A DNA stretch of 64,000 nucleotides from Candidatus Latescibacterota bacterium (GCA_965116885.1 OZ220741.1:3616001-3680000); one strand, 5' to 3'; shown: positions 1 to 10,351, counted from the stretch's first letter. A program made the numbers and translations. Notes: generated from the letters alone by a model not told the origin.

Positions 1-529
1 TGATCGCTACAGCAGTGTTATGTGTATGATGTATATGCACATTTTCAATAATATTATGGTGTGATCCCGATCCCAATAAATATAAACCGATACGAAAACC
101 ATGCGTGTTCCAATACCCCTTGTCCAGAGACACTTTCTTCCCGGTTATTTCTATGCGGGAAATGTTCCAGAACGAGCCACTTAGTTTGATTGCTACCAAA
201 TCCTCTTCCTTTTTTTGACCAACTGTGGAAATTACAGCATATCGACCCTGGCCCGTGCTGTCTTTTGATGTAAGGGTGATTCTATTTTTAGCGGACCCAT
301 TTGCATGTAGCTTAAAACTCTTATCGATTTCATACACTTTGCCGCCCTGAAGCACAATCGTATCACCAGGCTTGACGGTATCCAATGCATCGTAAACATC
401 CTTGCTTGTAGCGCATTGATAAATATCGCTGGCGTAAAGCACATTGATATTGGCAATCAACAGGGAAAAGGAAATAATCAAAGGAGGCAAGAGTCGTTTC
501 GGGGCTAAACTGTTAATGACGTTTTTCAT
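1..529 (-). CDS. Secreted right-handed parallel beta-helix protein (pectate-lyase-like), 5' part; runs off the window edge
   Basis: Manually translated and absent from the ORF track: MKNVINSLAPKRLLPPLIISFSLLIANINVLYA (signal-like), then ALDTVKPGDTIVLQGG...HNIIENVHIHHT. The ATG overlaps the upstream TGA (ATGA). Confidence 0.7.
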   Translation of the reverse strand, partial: MKNVINSLAPKRLLPPLIISFSLLIANINVLYASDIYQCATSKDVYDALDTVKPGDTIVLQGGKVYEIDKSFKLHANGSAKNRITLTSKDSTGQGRYAVISTVGQKKEEDLVAIKLSGSFWNISRIEITGKKVSLDKGYWNTHGFRIGLYLLGSGSHHNIIENVHIHHTHNTAVAI

Positions 530-1626
530 ACATCCCTCACCATATCGTTCTCAGCCGACAGCCGTGCGACCTCCCCGCGCAGTCGGGCATTCTCTGTTAC
601 GATCTTGCCAGCGCGAACGTCTGCCTCCCTGAACTTTGCCATGAAAACTGCTCCGTTTGGCGTGCGATTGTAATCGTAAATGATGTAGATTGTTCCATCG
701 TCTGCCTGCACGCCATCGGGATAGGTGACCTTATCCCGTTCATCCAGCATGAGTCCGCCCTGCCACGTCTGGCCTTCATCGTCGGATACAAACGCCACCA
801 GTTTCTCGCGTCTCGTTTTTTCGGTCATGGATCCATGTTTGACCAATAACAATGCGCCAGGTTTCAAACGACGCACAAAAAATCGGGTGGTAGGATGTGG
901 TATTTTAAGACGTTCAACGGGCGTCCAGGTCTTTCCAAGATCGTGAGAAACTGTCTGGCCGATGCCACGGACTCGCACCAGCATCCAGAGTGAGCCATCC
1001 TTTCGCTCAACAATCATCGGTTCATCAGGCCCCCGCAATTCCGCGTTGACAATATTGGCAGTACCACGAAGCTCGAAGGTCTTGCCCTGATCGCGCGAGG
1101 CATAGACCTTGATGCTGTTGTCAGTCTTCCATACAGACGAGGTAAAGAGCCAATCGCCATTCGATAGTACCGTTGGTTTGTTCAACATGATGCCATTACC
1201 CAATCGACGCGGTTTCGACCATGTTGGGTTCTCAGCATCTGGATTGCTGGTGACAATAGTCCATATGCCGTAACGGCCATCTTGTTGACCAAAACTCTGT
1301 CCCCAGAAAACCCACAGCCGATCCTGGGGATCGGTCCAGATGGAAGCGGACATAGCCCGAACGTCCCTGCAGGGCAGTACCATGATTTTTGGATCTGACC
1401 AGGTGTGCCCATCGTCATCACTACGAATCAAGACCTGGTAGTTTCGAGGGCTTTCGACATCCCGCCCGTAAACTACCCACAACCGTCCCTTTGCGGTGCG
1501 TTCGATGCCTGGCACGCCCTGTCGCGTGGTCGGCGGCACATGCTGTTTCCACGGATTGACAATGACCGTCGCCGGTTCGAGTGCAATATCGGCATCACGC
1601 TGTTTCTCTATTTCTGAATCTGTCAT
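526..1626 (-). CDS. Sialidase/BNR (Asp-box) repeat protein
   Basis: Asp-boxes SDDDGHTW, SRDQGKTF, SHDLGKTW, SDDEGQTW; C-terminal YPD motif; no signal peptide, possibly 5'-truncated. Confidence 0.85.
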   Translation of the reverse strand: MTDSEIEKQRDADIALEPATVIVNPWKQHVPPTTRQGVPGIERTAKGRLWVVYGRDVESPRNYQVLIRSDDDGHTWSDPKIMVLPCRDVRAMSASIWTDPQDRLWVFWGQSFGQQDGRYGIWTIVTSNPDAENPTWSKPRRLGNGIMLNKPTVLSNGDWLFTSSVWKTDNSIKVYASRDQGKTFELRGTANIVNAELRGPDEPMIVERKDGSLWMLVRVRGIGQTVSHDLGKTWTPVERLKIPHPTTRFFVRRLKPGALLLVKHGSMTEKTRREKLVAFVSDDEGQTWQGGLMLDERDKVTYPDGVQADDGTIYIIYDYNRTPNGAVFMAKFREADVRAGKIVTENARLRGEVARLSAENDMVRDV

Positions 1627-1639
1627 GTTGTTTTCCTCA

Positions 1640-1892
1640 ATCTGGACACCTGAGATACAAACTCACGGTAAAGTCCTTCAATGTCCTCAACGCCTACCCA
1701 AACCATACCATGTGCCTCGCCGACTGGATTTGCACTGAGATATATCGTCCAATCATCTCAACTCACGGATGCAAACGAACCGTCGTGCGTCCAATCCACC
1801 CTGAAACCCAAAGCGCTCTGATAATATTCCAGGCTGCTGTCAAGGTCTGAGCAACTGAGAATCGGGATTATGACCTCTACCATCTTTTGCAT
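1640..1892 (-). pseudogene. VOC/glyoxalase-bleomycin resistance family pseudogene
   Basis: MQKMVEVIIPILSCSDLDSSLEYYQSALGFRVDW...SVS*DDWTIYL...VWVGVEDIEGLYREF; in-frame TGA at 1758-1760 and C-terminus missing. The lower coordinate is approximate. Confidence 0.75.
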
Positions 1893-1979
1893 GAGAACCT
1901 TTTCTTTTAAATTTTTTTACAAGATTCCTGTCCCAGCTAGCGGGTAAGGCACAAAAATCCTTCTTCACTCAGTGTTCTG

Positions 1980-2579
1980 TCAACTCAAGATCCCTCTGGA
2001 GACCAGATGGGATTCGAGTGTCTCTACAGTTGTATAGTGATGGGTTTTCAGCCCAACGGAAATGGCAGTTTCAATATTTGGCAGCCTGTCGTCGATGAAC
2101 AGGGATTCCTCTGCAGCAACATGCATGGTTCGCAGCACATATGTGAACGCCCGTGGATCGCTCTTGGTGAATCCAGTCTCATAGGAATAAAACTGCCGCT
2201 TAAAGACCTGCAAAAAAGGGTGATTTTGTCTGACGAAATCACCCCATTCTCTTCCATGATCTGAAAGGATGACTACATCCATCTTCTCTGCCAGCGATGT
2301 AACGAGTGCGATTGCGCGATTGTCGGATTGAAGAAGGTTTCGCCTTATCGTTTCTCTCAGCCCTTCTACAGTGATCGGCCAGCATTTCTCAGAGATTATC
2401 TCGCTGAGATACTCGTCCTCTGTTATACGCCCTACGAACAAAGTTGTGAGCAGTTTTCCACCAAAGCATGACAAGATTTCATCTTGTGGGATTCCCAGTA
2501 TTGGCTGAAGTTCTACTTCTATTCCGTACAGGCCAGAAACAAGTACCTCAGAGAGATCGGAAATGATGAGCCTTATCAT
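1980..2579 (-). CDS. HAD-family phosphatase
   Basis: Motif I-like DLSEVL, SD, KSDP and FIDD motifs. Confidence 0.85.
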   Translation of the reverse strand: MIRLIISDLSEVLVSGLYGIEVELQPILGIPQDEILSCFGGKLLTTLFVGRITEDEYLSEIISEKCWPITVEGLRETIRRNLLQSDNRAIALVTSLAEKMDVVILSDHGREWGDFVRQNHPFLQVFKRQFYSYETGFTKSDPRAFTYVLRTMHVAAEESLFIDDRLPNIETAISVGLKTHHYTTVETLESHLVSRGILS

Positions 2580-2716
2580 CGTCTATGATTCTTTCGTCAA
2601 ATAAGTCTTGTGGTTTCAAAGCCGAATGGCAGGTAATGTCTTCGACATGCCCGAATTGGGATGGTTGGGCGTCTTTCAATTAATACGGCTGCTATTGCCG
2701 ACGCAGGTGTGACAAT

Positions 2717-2789
2717 TTTACCACTCATCCAGATTGCGATCAAAAAAACTCATAATAGCCCTGGAATCCGGTCTATCCATATAAGCCAT
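2717..2789. repeat. Repeat A (3' end of Ham1-like gene); copy at 10352-10424
   Basis: 71/73 identical by manual alignment. Confidence 0.95.
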
Positions 2790-3314
2790 GTCTGAAAAAT
2801 AACATCTACTATCGAGATCACACATTATCGAATTGAGAGGCGCACCGGGAATAGTTTTTTGGCTCTGATTTGAAGTAAATAGCACTTCCATTTGCCAACT
2901 GTGAAGAAGGGGTGTAGCCTCACTGTGAACCAGAGCAATGCAATTGTGCCAGGTGCCAACAGTTGAGCCACCAACAGAACATATTTTTTTTACATAATGG
3001 TCAATAATCTGCTGGTCTGTGACCTCTTGCTCTCGGGAACAAATTCGCCGGACAAAAACGTTGGGCTGCTCCTTTTTTGACAATCCATTGATCACCAGCC
3101 CAGAATCGATCGCAAAAGATGGGAGGCCCGATGTTTGATAATAAGCTATTGCCTTTTTGATCGCATTCTTTTCAGGGGTATCGCCGTCTTCAGTGACATC
3201 TAATTTTAGTCCCAATTGGATAGGGTCTATAATTTCAATTGAAAACGGCGATAAAATATGTCTAACATGGCGAATTTTTTCTTTATTAGCCGTTCCAAAT
3301 AGAATCTTCTTCAT
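2718..3314 (-). CDS. Ham1/ITPase-like non-canonical purine NTP pyrophosphatase
   Basis: ILFGTANKEK, EDGDTPEKNAIKKA, AIDSGL. Confidence 0.8.
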   Translation of the reverse strand: MKKILFGTANKEKIRHVRHILSPFSIEIIDPIQLGLKLDVTEDGDTPEKNAIKKAIAYYQTSGLPSFAIDSGLVINGLSKKEQPNVFVRRICSREQEVTDQQIIDHYVKKICSVGGSTVGTWHNCIALVHSEATPLLHSWQMEVLFTSNQSQKTIPGAPLNSIMCDLDSRCYFSDMAYMDRPDSRAIMSFFDRNLDEW

Positions 3315-3462
3315 TGAAAAATAAACCTCTGTTCTGTATAGAGTTAAAACAGTATTTTTTTCTGAACGGATTCAAGATTTTCCTGTCCATTCAATCTGGT
3401 AAGGAGGTGGTTGCGTACCGTCGATATCTGTAAATCCATATTCACGAGATAGGTTTCCAATA

Positions 3463-3491
3463 TTGAGAACCTGCCCCGTTCGTGATATAAT
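3463..3491 (+). promoter_or_regulatory. Near-consensus sigma70 promoter, plus strand
   Basis: TTGAGA-17 nt-TATAAT with extended -10 (TGa). Confidence 0.55.
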
Positions 3492-3520
3492 ATTCGGGTC
3501 GCAAGCAAGGACGACGACAG

Positions 3521-4303
3521 CTATTTGCTTTCTCCGTTCTTTATCGCCTTCAGAATGAACTGAGCGGGCAAGCCATCTGATGAGTCATCACGAGCACTCG
3601 AGTATTCCAAAAGATACACGATGCGCAGCCCGGATTGGGCTACGGCTGTAACGATGCTCCCTAGCATATGAGACCACTCAATTGTAGTGAGCCGTTCACC
3701 TTCTGGATTCCACTCATTCGGCTCTTCTTGTATCTCCGTGAATGGACCCTCGACGAAGTAAGTCTCCCGATATGAACACCCCTCTGCTTTTTCTTTCGCA
3801 AACCCTGTGAGAGGATGACAGCCGTGAAGAATGAAGATACCGCCTGATTTCAGGGTCAAGTAGACACTTTCAAACCATCTGTCAAGATCGCCAATCCAGG
3901 CGGTAACCCAGGAAGAGAAGACTATGTCGAAGCCGCCCTCGAGTAGATTCTCTGGCAGTTTGAGAATATCGGCGAGAACCAATCGGCAACTGACACCCAA
4001 TTCATCTGCGAACTTCTTAGCGGTTTCTAACTGGACTGGCGAGTTATCTACTCCAACAACCTGAGCCCCTTTGTGCGCCCAGGCCAGTAATTCGGAGCCT
4101 TCTCCACACCCCAGATCAAGTAGTTTCCTTCCGGTAAGTTCACCTGCCAACTCAAAGAAGATCGGTTCAAGACGATAGTTGCCATCCCGAATTCCTTTGA
4201 CAGGATCCTGGCGAATTTTTACTAGACCCGCATCCCTTTGTCTTCGAAATGAATCCCAGGCATTTCGATTATGTTCCGCAGCCTGATCAGTCATATTGGT
4301 CAT
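3521..4303 (-). CDS. Class I SAM-dependent methyltransferase
   Basis: LLDLGCGEG, GVDNS, FDIVFS. Confidence 0.9.
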   Translation of the reverse strand: MTNMTDQAAEHNRNAWDSFRRQRDAGLVKIRQDPVKGIRDGNYRLEPIFFELAGELTGRKLLDLGCGEGSELLAWAHKGAQVVGVDNSPVQLETAKKFADELGVSCRLVLADILKLPENLLEGGFDIVFSSWVTAWIGDLDRWFESVYLTLKSGGIFILHGCHPLTGFAKEKAEGCSYRETYFVEGPFTEIQEEPNEWNPEGERLTTIEWSHMLGSIVTAVAQSGLRIVYLLEYSSARDDSSDGLPAQFILKAIKNGESK

Positions 4304-4410
4304 GAATTGCCTCTATTTACGTTATTCTTCCACTCTCGTGCCCGAAGTGCATCCGTATTCGTTAAATAGAAAAGCCTTCAAACATAATTCTATCGACAAG
4401 CAGACAGCGT

Positions 4411-5433
4411 ATGCAAACATCTGAACAGACGAAGACCAATCTGAGGCGTTACGATACCCTCACCCGAATAGGCCAGGCTCGGCGTCTGCGAGAACTCGCG
4501 AAGTCCGCACTGCGTCAATTCGACATTCGCGTCCATCGCCTCGAACTCATCAAGCACCTGGTCAACACGACATTCAGACTCCGTTCAGATGAAGGAGAAT
4601 TTCTGGTTCGCATTCACCGAGAAAAAAACCACACCGTTCGCCTGGTCGAATCAGAACTGGCGTGGCTCCTGGCGCTATCCAAAGAAGCCGATGTTACAGT
4701 CCAGACACCCTATATCGCCCCAGACAGCAGAGTCGTTATTTTGGCGGAAGCCACCGGTGTGCCCCAAGCTTACCCCGTCACCGTGCTTTCATGGATCAAA
4801 GGAAGGATCGTGCCTCAGGCGCGTCGGACAACCGGGCATTACGAGAGCCTCGGTCGCCTTGTTGCCACACTACACAAACACGCGATGCAGTGGGATCCAC
4901 CTGACGATTTCGAACGCCCCGTCTATGATGCTATTCATCAACTGGGAAAGTTTTCAGTTCGACCCTTGCCTGAGTTAGGGCCTCGATACCTGCCCGCGCA
5001 CGTCTTGAGAGACATGGAAGCCGTCTATGAACGACGTCGAGAAGCCGAAAGGGTGTTGGGTACTGGTTGCGAGCATTTTGGCCTTATTCACTTTGACCTC
5101 AGCTTCAGCAACATCCTGTTCTCTGGCAGGGAAGCACTACCAATTGATTTCGATGCGTGTGGCTTCGGTTTTTATGCCTACGATCTCGGTGTTGCTCTGA
5201 CAGGTCCTTTTGCCTACGAGAACTTTATGGCCCGATGTGAGGCTGTCTTCCGAGGCTATCGCCAGGTCCTGCCTCTCAGGCGCGAATGGATTGAGTACCT
5301 CCCGACCTTCATGGCCTCTCGCACGGCTTCCTATATCTTACATGTCGCGGCCGATCCGAAGGCTGTAGAGTCACAGTGGCGCTCCCTTCTGCGTCCACTT
5401 CTTAAGGCCTCTCTTGATCAGTTTCCCTCCTGA
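4411..5433 (+). CDS. APH/homoserine kinase II-like phosphotransferase
   Basis: LIHFDLSFSNIL and IDFDACG motifs; the only plus-strand gene of the array. Confidence 0.85.
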   Translation: MQTSEQTKTNLRRYDTLTRIGQARRLRELAKSALRQFDIRVHRLELIKHLVNTTFRLRSDEGEFLVRIHREKNHTVRLVESELAWLLALSKEADVTVQTPYIAPDSRVVILAEATGVPQAYPVTVLSWIKGRIVPQARRTTGHYESLGRLVATLHKHAMQWDPPDDFERPVYDAIHQLGKFSVRPLPELGPRYLPAHVLRDMEAVYERRREAERVLGTGCEHFGLIHFDLSFSNILFSGREALPIDFDACGFGFYAYDLGVALTGPFAYENFMARCEAVFRGYRQVLPLRREWIEYLPTFMASRTASYILHVAADPKAVESQWRSLLRPLLKASLDQFPS

Positions 5434-5491
5434 TGTCCCCTTACATCATTAAGTATCTCCGTTCGTTGGAGAGCGTGGATTTATTTCTACC

Positions 5492-7558
5492 CTAAAATCG
5501 ACCAAAATCTGGGAAACTGGCTTCAAAGAGATACGCGAGCTTTGTAAATACGGCGCGCCCACCTGGCAGTCTGTCAACAAACACAAAGTAGAAGTGGCTT
5601 TCTGGGGTGAACTCGTAGTCGAAGATTGCGTTGAAATTGTAGCTGATCTCATCTTGCAACCGTTCATCTACGCGTTCAAAAAAAATGCGCCAACCGGTCT
5701 TTTGGGTCAATTGATAGTTACTGCGGAGCCGGAAAATTAGCGTATTTCGATGTGTACGCCAAAAGAAATTATCCAGGTCGAGATCAGCGGTCAACTTGCC
5801 AAATAGGTTGACACCCGCAGAGAAGCTGGTAAATCGGTTGAATTCATCTCGACGGGTTCCGAAACGATTTGAAACCTCCAGGTGCCACCACGGTGCCTGA
5901 TAATCAATCACTGAGCCGATAAACCTGGTATCGAAAAGTTGACCGACTTCGCGAAGGGCGCCAAACCCACCATAGGTGAAGAAATCAAATCGACCAATAT
6001 CAATATCAAAACGGAACTCACTCCGCCGTTCCCGCAGCAATTTTTGTGCATTGGTTTGGTAAAAATGGCGCATATCAGCACCCAATGACTGCACGAGATT
6101 CGCCTCTGGAAACTCGTGTCTGTACCTCACGCGAGCACGCCCCCGACGGAATGCCTCATCTTCAAGCCCCATCTCATTTGGACGAAAGCCATCCTGGATC
6201 TCTTCAAGCGCGATTTCGGTCAGCCAACCTTCATGAAGCCATTCCAACTCCGTGTGATACGCCCGATGCGTTTCGCCATCGATGAAATCGACAGCATACT
6301 GCGACGTTACAGTCCAGTCTCGATGAAGTCCAAATCGACCATTGAGTGATAGGAGTGCCACATCTCGATCTGCCTGGTGTTTATGGATTCCCATTGCGCC
6401 GATGACAGTGCGCTCGCCGATGTCGTAATTAACCCGCCCAGCCAAAAGATTTGCCTGCTTTTTTTTGTCTGCATCATACCGATCGATCATTTTGCCGTAA
6501 GTGTTGATGACCGCGAAATTAGAACCGCCAATTTTACCTGCTGTTTTTACACCAAAATCGATTTCTTGAACGCGGCGGGTATAGAATAAATTGAGCGGCA
6601 GCCTGAACAGTTCAGCACCTTCCCGGAAGAATGGACGGCGTTCTGGGAGAGACAACTCCCGATCACTTGATATGTTAATTTGCGTCGGGTCACTTTCCAA
6701 TTGTGAAAAATCGGGATTGAAAGTCACATTCGAGGTGAGGTGCGTCGAAATCGGGAGAATGAGGTCTAAACCACCATCGTGGTCATTGGAACGATTTTCT
6801 ATTGCACGATAGGTCCCGTAGGGGAGAATACCGATCTTCTGCTCTGTTTTGATCTTTTCGAAATTCAATCCGGTCAAATCGCCAAACTCCGATACGCGCC
6901 CGAAAAAATCGGTGCGTGCCCACGAATAGGATTGACCATTTATCGGATGTGTCCGCCAAAAGTTGATTCCCCACGTCGTATTGTGCCGATTAAAACGGAG
7001 CACGCGAAACGGGATCGCAAATTCTGCGGTCCAGTGATTTCGGTGTTTTTTTATTTTCGATTTCCATTTTGCATCCCAACTCAGGTCGAAGACACTCTCA
7101 TTACTGACCCGCTCGTCCATCTGTGTGCCGAGTGTATTGATTCCAAAAACGTAGCAGTTGCGACGGTCGCGATAGGTATCAATCATCACTTCGATACAGT
7201 CATTCTGCCAGATCGCGGAATCCCGGCGTATTTTCGTTTCACGCAAACTCTTCATGTCCGGCTCATCGCAATATACGCCGATATAGAGCATGTGCTCGTC
7301 GTACAAAATCCTGACTTCCGTGTTCAATTGCGCTGGATGGATGCTTCCCTCCTTTGCACGAAAGAAATTGGTTGCAATTTGGGCGCGTTGCCAGACACTG
7401 TCTGTAAGCTCGCCATCAATAATGGGGGGATTATCCGTCCATGTGGCACTGATGGTGCGCGTCGAGCTTTGCGTTTCAGCGAAAAGCGGTAGCGTCAGCA
7501 GCACAATTAGCACCCAAATTATCGCGCATGACCACCGCACCTGTTTGGCTTTCTCCAC
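5492..7558 (-). CDS. CBM9-like sugar-binding/DUF5916 family secreted protein
   Basis: Signal peptide; PIIDGELTDSVW, WTAEFAIPF, NPDFSQLESD, ERRPFFREG. Confidence 0.8.
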   Translation of the reverse strand: MEKAKQVRWSCAIIWVLIVLLTLPLFAETQSSTRTISATWTDNPPIIDGELTDSVWQRAQIATNFFRAKEGSIHPAQLNTEVRILYDEHMLYIGVYCDEPDMKSLRETKIRRDSAIWQNDCIEVMIDTYRDRRNCYVFGINTLGTQMDERVSNESVFDLSWDAKWKSKIKKHRNHWTAEFAIPFRVLRFNRHNTTWGINFWRTHPINGQSYSWARTDFFGRVSEFGDLTGLNFEKIKTEQKIGILPYGTYRAIENRSNDHDGGLDLILPISTHLTSNVTFNPDFSQLESDPTQINISSDRELSLPERRPFFREGAELFRLPLNLFYTRRVQEIDFGVKTAGKIGGSNFAVINTYGKMIDRYDADKKKQANLLAGRVNYDIGERTVIGAMGIHKHQADRDVALLSLNGRFGLHRDWTVTSQYAVDFIDGETHRAYHTELEWLHEGWLTEIALEEIQDGFRPNEMGLEDEAFRRGRARVRYRHEFPEANLVQSLGADMRHFYQTNAQKLLRERRSEFRFDIDIGRFDFFTYGGFGALREVGQLFDTRFIGSVIDYQAPWWHLEVSNRFGTRRDEFNRFTSFSAGVNLFGKLTADLDLDNFFWRTHRNTLIFRLRSNYQLTQKTGWRIFFERVDERLQDEISYNFNAIFDYEFTPESHFYFVFVDRLPGGRAVFTKLAYLFEASFPDFGRF

Positions 7559-7607
7559 CGTTTTTGCCTCCTGATCTGGACATTACAAGTCATAAGGGTG
7601 AGGAAGA

Positions 7608-7719
7608 CAAGGTTCATGTGGTTTAGACAAATGGAATGGGGTTTAGGTTTTCCGACCGAGCTATTGAGGGAAGTTAGCAATTGAGGACATTGCTTTTGTG
7701 CGCGATTTAGCGGGGTGGG
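7608..7719. repeat. Repeat B (trpD 3' end plus downstream flank); copy at 11269-11380
   Basis: 112 nt with 6 substitutions and 2 single-nt indels by manual alignment. Confidence 0.95.
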
Positions 7720-8726
7720 ATTCTGGACAGTCGTTTATATTCAAGAAATTTCTCTTGAACCAACCCTTTTGCGAAGAGATCCTTGCTCAGATCAAAGCCT
7801 TCCTCAATCGAATCTGTTCGTCCAAAACAGTAGAAAGCTGCACCGGCATTCAAACAGACCATGTCCAGAATTGGTTCGGGGGTCTGGTGCTGTAAAAGAG
7901 ATAGGAAGATTTCTGCATTCTCATCACTATCACCACCCGGAATCTCACTGTAATCCCGTTTCGCTATCCCAAAATCTGAAGGCGAAATCTGGTATTCCCT
8001 GGTCACACCTTCGGCCACTTCAAAGATATGCGTGTGCCCAGAAATGGAGGTCTCATCAATCCCTGGCTCTCCGACAACAATCAAGAAGCGTTTACGCCCA
8101 AGATGGCGGAGTACTTCTACGAGTTGTCTGCCCATATCGACATCAATTGTTCCGAGTATCTGATATTGAGGATTGGCAGGATTGCATAATGGAGCGCTGA
8201 GATTGAAAATCGTCCTTCTATCAACCATTTGTCTGGCGGGCACAACTTTTTTCATTACTGGATGGTATGTGCGGGCAAATAGAAAACACACATTTGTCCT
8301 CTTGAAAATGTCTTCCAAACGGTTATCTCTGAAATCAAACTCGCAGTCGAGTTTCTCCAGCAAATCAAAGCTGCCATTCGGTCGCTTTGAGCCTTTATTG
8401 CCGTGTTTCACAACCGGAACGCCGCCAGCAGATAAAACGAACGCGGCGGTTGTCGATACGTTGAATCGATTTAAACCGCTTCCACCTGTTCCACACGAAT
8501 CAATGACGTCGGAAGGGAGAGGTACAGGTCTTGCTTTGGCCAATAAAGCTCTCGCAAATCCGAGAATTTCATCAGCAGTCTCGCCCTTCTCAGAAAACGC
8601 TATGAGCAGTTCTGCAATCTGTTCGTTTGGTAGGTTACTTTCCAGGATTGCACTCAAGCATTGTTCAGCTTCATCGGCCTGGAGAGATTCACCCTCTCTG
8701 AGTTTATCAATGCATTTCGAGATCAT
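7707..8726 (-). CDS. trpD: Anthranilate phosphoribosyltransferase
   Basis: DSCGTGGSG, NVSTTAA, KHGN, RTIFN, GIDE motifs. Confidence 0.93.
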   Translation of the reverse strand: MISKCIDKLREGESLQADEAEQCLSAILESNLPNEQIAELLIAFSEKGETADEILGFARALLAKARPVPLPSDVIDSCGTGGSGLNRFNVSTTAAFVLSAGGVPVVKHGNKGSKRPNGSFDLLEKLDCEFDFRDNRLEDIFKRTNVCFLFARTYHPVMKKVVPARQMVDRRTIFNLSAPLCNPANPQYQILGTIDVDMGRQLVEVLRHLGRKRFLIVVGEPGIDETSISGHTHIFEVAEGVTREYQISPSDFGIAKRDYSEIPGGDSDENAEIFLSLLQHQTPEPILDMVCLNAGAAFYCFGRTDSIEEGFDLSKDLFAKGLVQEKFLEYKRLSRIPPR

Positions 8727-8757
8727 AGGTGGTGCTTCCTATTTACAAAAGAGCAAG
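8659..8757. repeat. Repeat C (trpD 5' end plus upstream); copy at 12328-12424
   Basis: About 99 nt with 5 substitutions and a 2-nt deletion by manual alignment. Confidence 0.95.
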
Positions 8758-8765
8758 AGGTAAAA

Positions 8766-8801
8766 GAGCGCAAGCGACGCAGCGGCAGCTGGTTGTTAGA
8801 C
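8766..8801 (-). other. attC-like half site (R'' side)
   Basis: Minus strand reads GTCTAAC-AACCAGCTGCCGCTGCGTCGCTTGCGCTC just after the stop of 8814..9443; the partner half is missing. Confidence 0.5.
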
Positions 8802-8813
8802 GACGATGAGCCT

Positions 8814-9443
8814 CTAACGATGAGAGGTATCAGGCAGAAATTCTGGACCTGGCCTCATGCTGCCTGCTGTCGGTTGATAGAACTGATCGGCTTCCAACTT
8901 GTACCATCCGAGTGGGTTGTCATCCACGTCCGCCACCTGGATCCAAAGCTCAAGTTGTGGTCGCCGAATTTCTTTCAGCGGCACTGCCTGCTCAGATAAC
9001 AAATCGGCGGACACAACAACCCCATCTATTCTCAGGAATGTCCCACCCTCTGCACGATACTGGAGATATTCGATTGTATCTCCCTTTGAAAAACTAAAGG
9101 TATCGTACCCGCTACGACCTCGGTAGTAATCCGTTCTCGACAAATAGAACACTCTTCCGTACGAGGTATAGTGGATTGCGCCATCTTCCCGAGCAAGAAA
9201 GAGACCGGGCATAATGGTTCTAAAGCGGACATCGCTATACCTGATCATCTCACCGCGGGCGGGGCTAATCGTATCCGCAACACTGGCTTGCGCCGTGGGT
9301 GCAGTTCGCAGGACTATCTCATCTCCAGAAGCCTGAATCCTGTGGGGACCTTCACCCGGAAAGATACTGCATTCAAATGCTAAACCTGGCCCCAATAGTG
9401 CAGTGACAGCGAAAATTCCAAAGAAAAAAACGGTCCTCTTCAT
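8814..9443 (-). CDS. Hypothetical exported protein
   Basis: Signal peptide MKRTVFFFGIFAVTALLGPGLA; start chosen downstream of the ORF-track start. Confidence 0.65.
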   Translation of the reverse strand: MKRTVFFFGIFAVTALLGPGLAFECSIFPGEGPHRIQASGDEIVLRTAPTAQASVADTISPARGEMIRYSDVRFRTIMPGLFLAREDGAIHYTSYGRVFYLSRTDYYRGRSGYDTFSFSKGDTIEYLQYRAEGGTFLRIDGVVVSADLLSEQAVPLKEIRRPQLELWIQVADVDDNPLGWYKLEADQFYQPTAGSMRPGPEFLPDTSHR

Positions 9444-9555
9444 ACGGCTCTCCTTCATAATTTCCGTGCGCCTATCAGGAGCAAGATAAACGCTAAAGAA
9501 AATCCCCGTCAGATAACCTATTGAACGGGGATCTATATCAAAAAATATAGTAAAC

Positions 9556-9765
9556 TCAGGCAACTCGCTCCCTTTGTTCACTTGGATGAAGCGAAAGATA
9601 CTCTCTCACCTCAAGATTCATCCGATCTATTTCAGCCAGATAGCCTCCTGCTGATAACCAATATTTTTGTGGATTGGTTTCGACCTGTCGAAGCTTTTCT
9701 ACTTGTTGCTGAAAATACTGGATGCGTTCCTTGGTCGCCTCAAGCTCCTGATCGTTCTGAATCAT
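9556..9765 (-). CDS. Small hypothetical coiled-coil protein (possible orphan antitoxin-like)
   Basis: 69 aa MIQNDQELEATKERI...; GAGGTG RBS upstream. Confidence 0.6.
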   Translation of the reverse strand: MIQNDQELEATKERIQYFQQQVEKLRQVETNPQKYWLSAGGYLAEIDRMNLEVREYLSLHPSEQRERVA

Positions 9766-9916
9766 CGCTGATCACCTCTCGTAACAATATAGCTTCCGAT
9801 ACTGGTCATTTCCAGCGAAATTTTCTCTATGTCCAAGAACAGCAAAAAAAGAATGAGATCCTAACGGCTATCCTTCGGTACCAGTACTTGTCAGAGTCCG
9901 ATCTTCTGCTTCATAA

Positions 9917-10330
9917 TTAAAGCCGTTGCTGTTGCTTGAGTTGGGGGGCAATGTACTTCCGCAATATAGGATTCAGCGGATATTTTCCTGATTCGAGATC
10001 CTCCATAGATGCCCAGACGATCTCAAGTACCTCGTCGCCGTCTGGAACAGGTTCTCCCTCAAAATCTGTTATGTAAGCTCGAATTCTAATTATGTACCTC
10101 TCATAGGTTCTCGGTGGGGAAGTTATACGTTCATATTCGCCGAAGAATTCAGGATCTGTGGGGGTTATGTTGAGTTCTTCCATCAGTTCTCTACGTAAGG
10201 CATCCAAATCCGACTCACCATCCTCGACTTTTCCGCCAGGTAAGAGGTAGTCGTCAATGCCATCACACTTGACGAGTAAGAGTCTCTCTTGCGTGATCAG
10301 AATCCCTGAGATACGATTGATAGTATTCAT
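9917..10330 (-). CDS. NUDIX hydrolase
   Basis: Nudix box GGKVEDGESDLDALRRELMEELN; start MNTIN. Confidence 0.9.
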   Translation of the reverse strand: MNTINRISGILITQERLLLVKCDGIDDYLLPGGKVEDGESDLDALRRELMEELNITPTDPEFFGEYERITSPPRTYERYIIRIRAYITDFEGEPVPDGDEVLEIVWASMEDLESGKYPLNPILRKYIAPQLKQQQRL

Positions 10331-10351
10331 TATTTCCCTCACAAAAGCCAG

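Noticed and set aside
1758..1760. Selenocysteine recoding of the TGA in the VOC gene
   Set aside because: The gene is also truncated, and a CGA-to-TGA nonsense change is the simpler explanation.
2645..2672. Possible additional attC-family member (CCCGAA...GTTGGGC)
   Set aside because: Spacing differs from the family and no matching R box was found.
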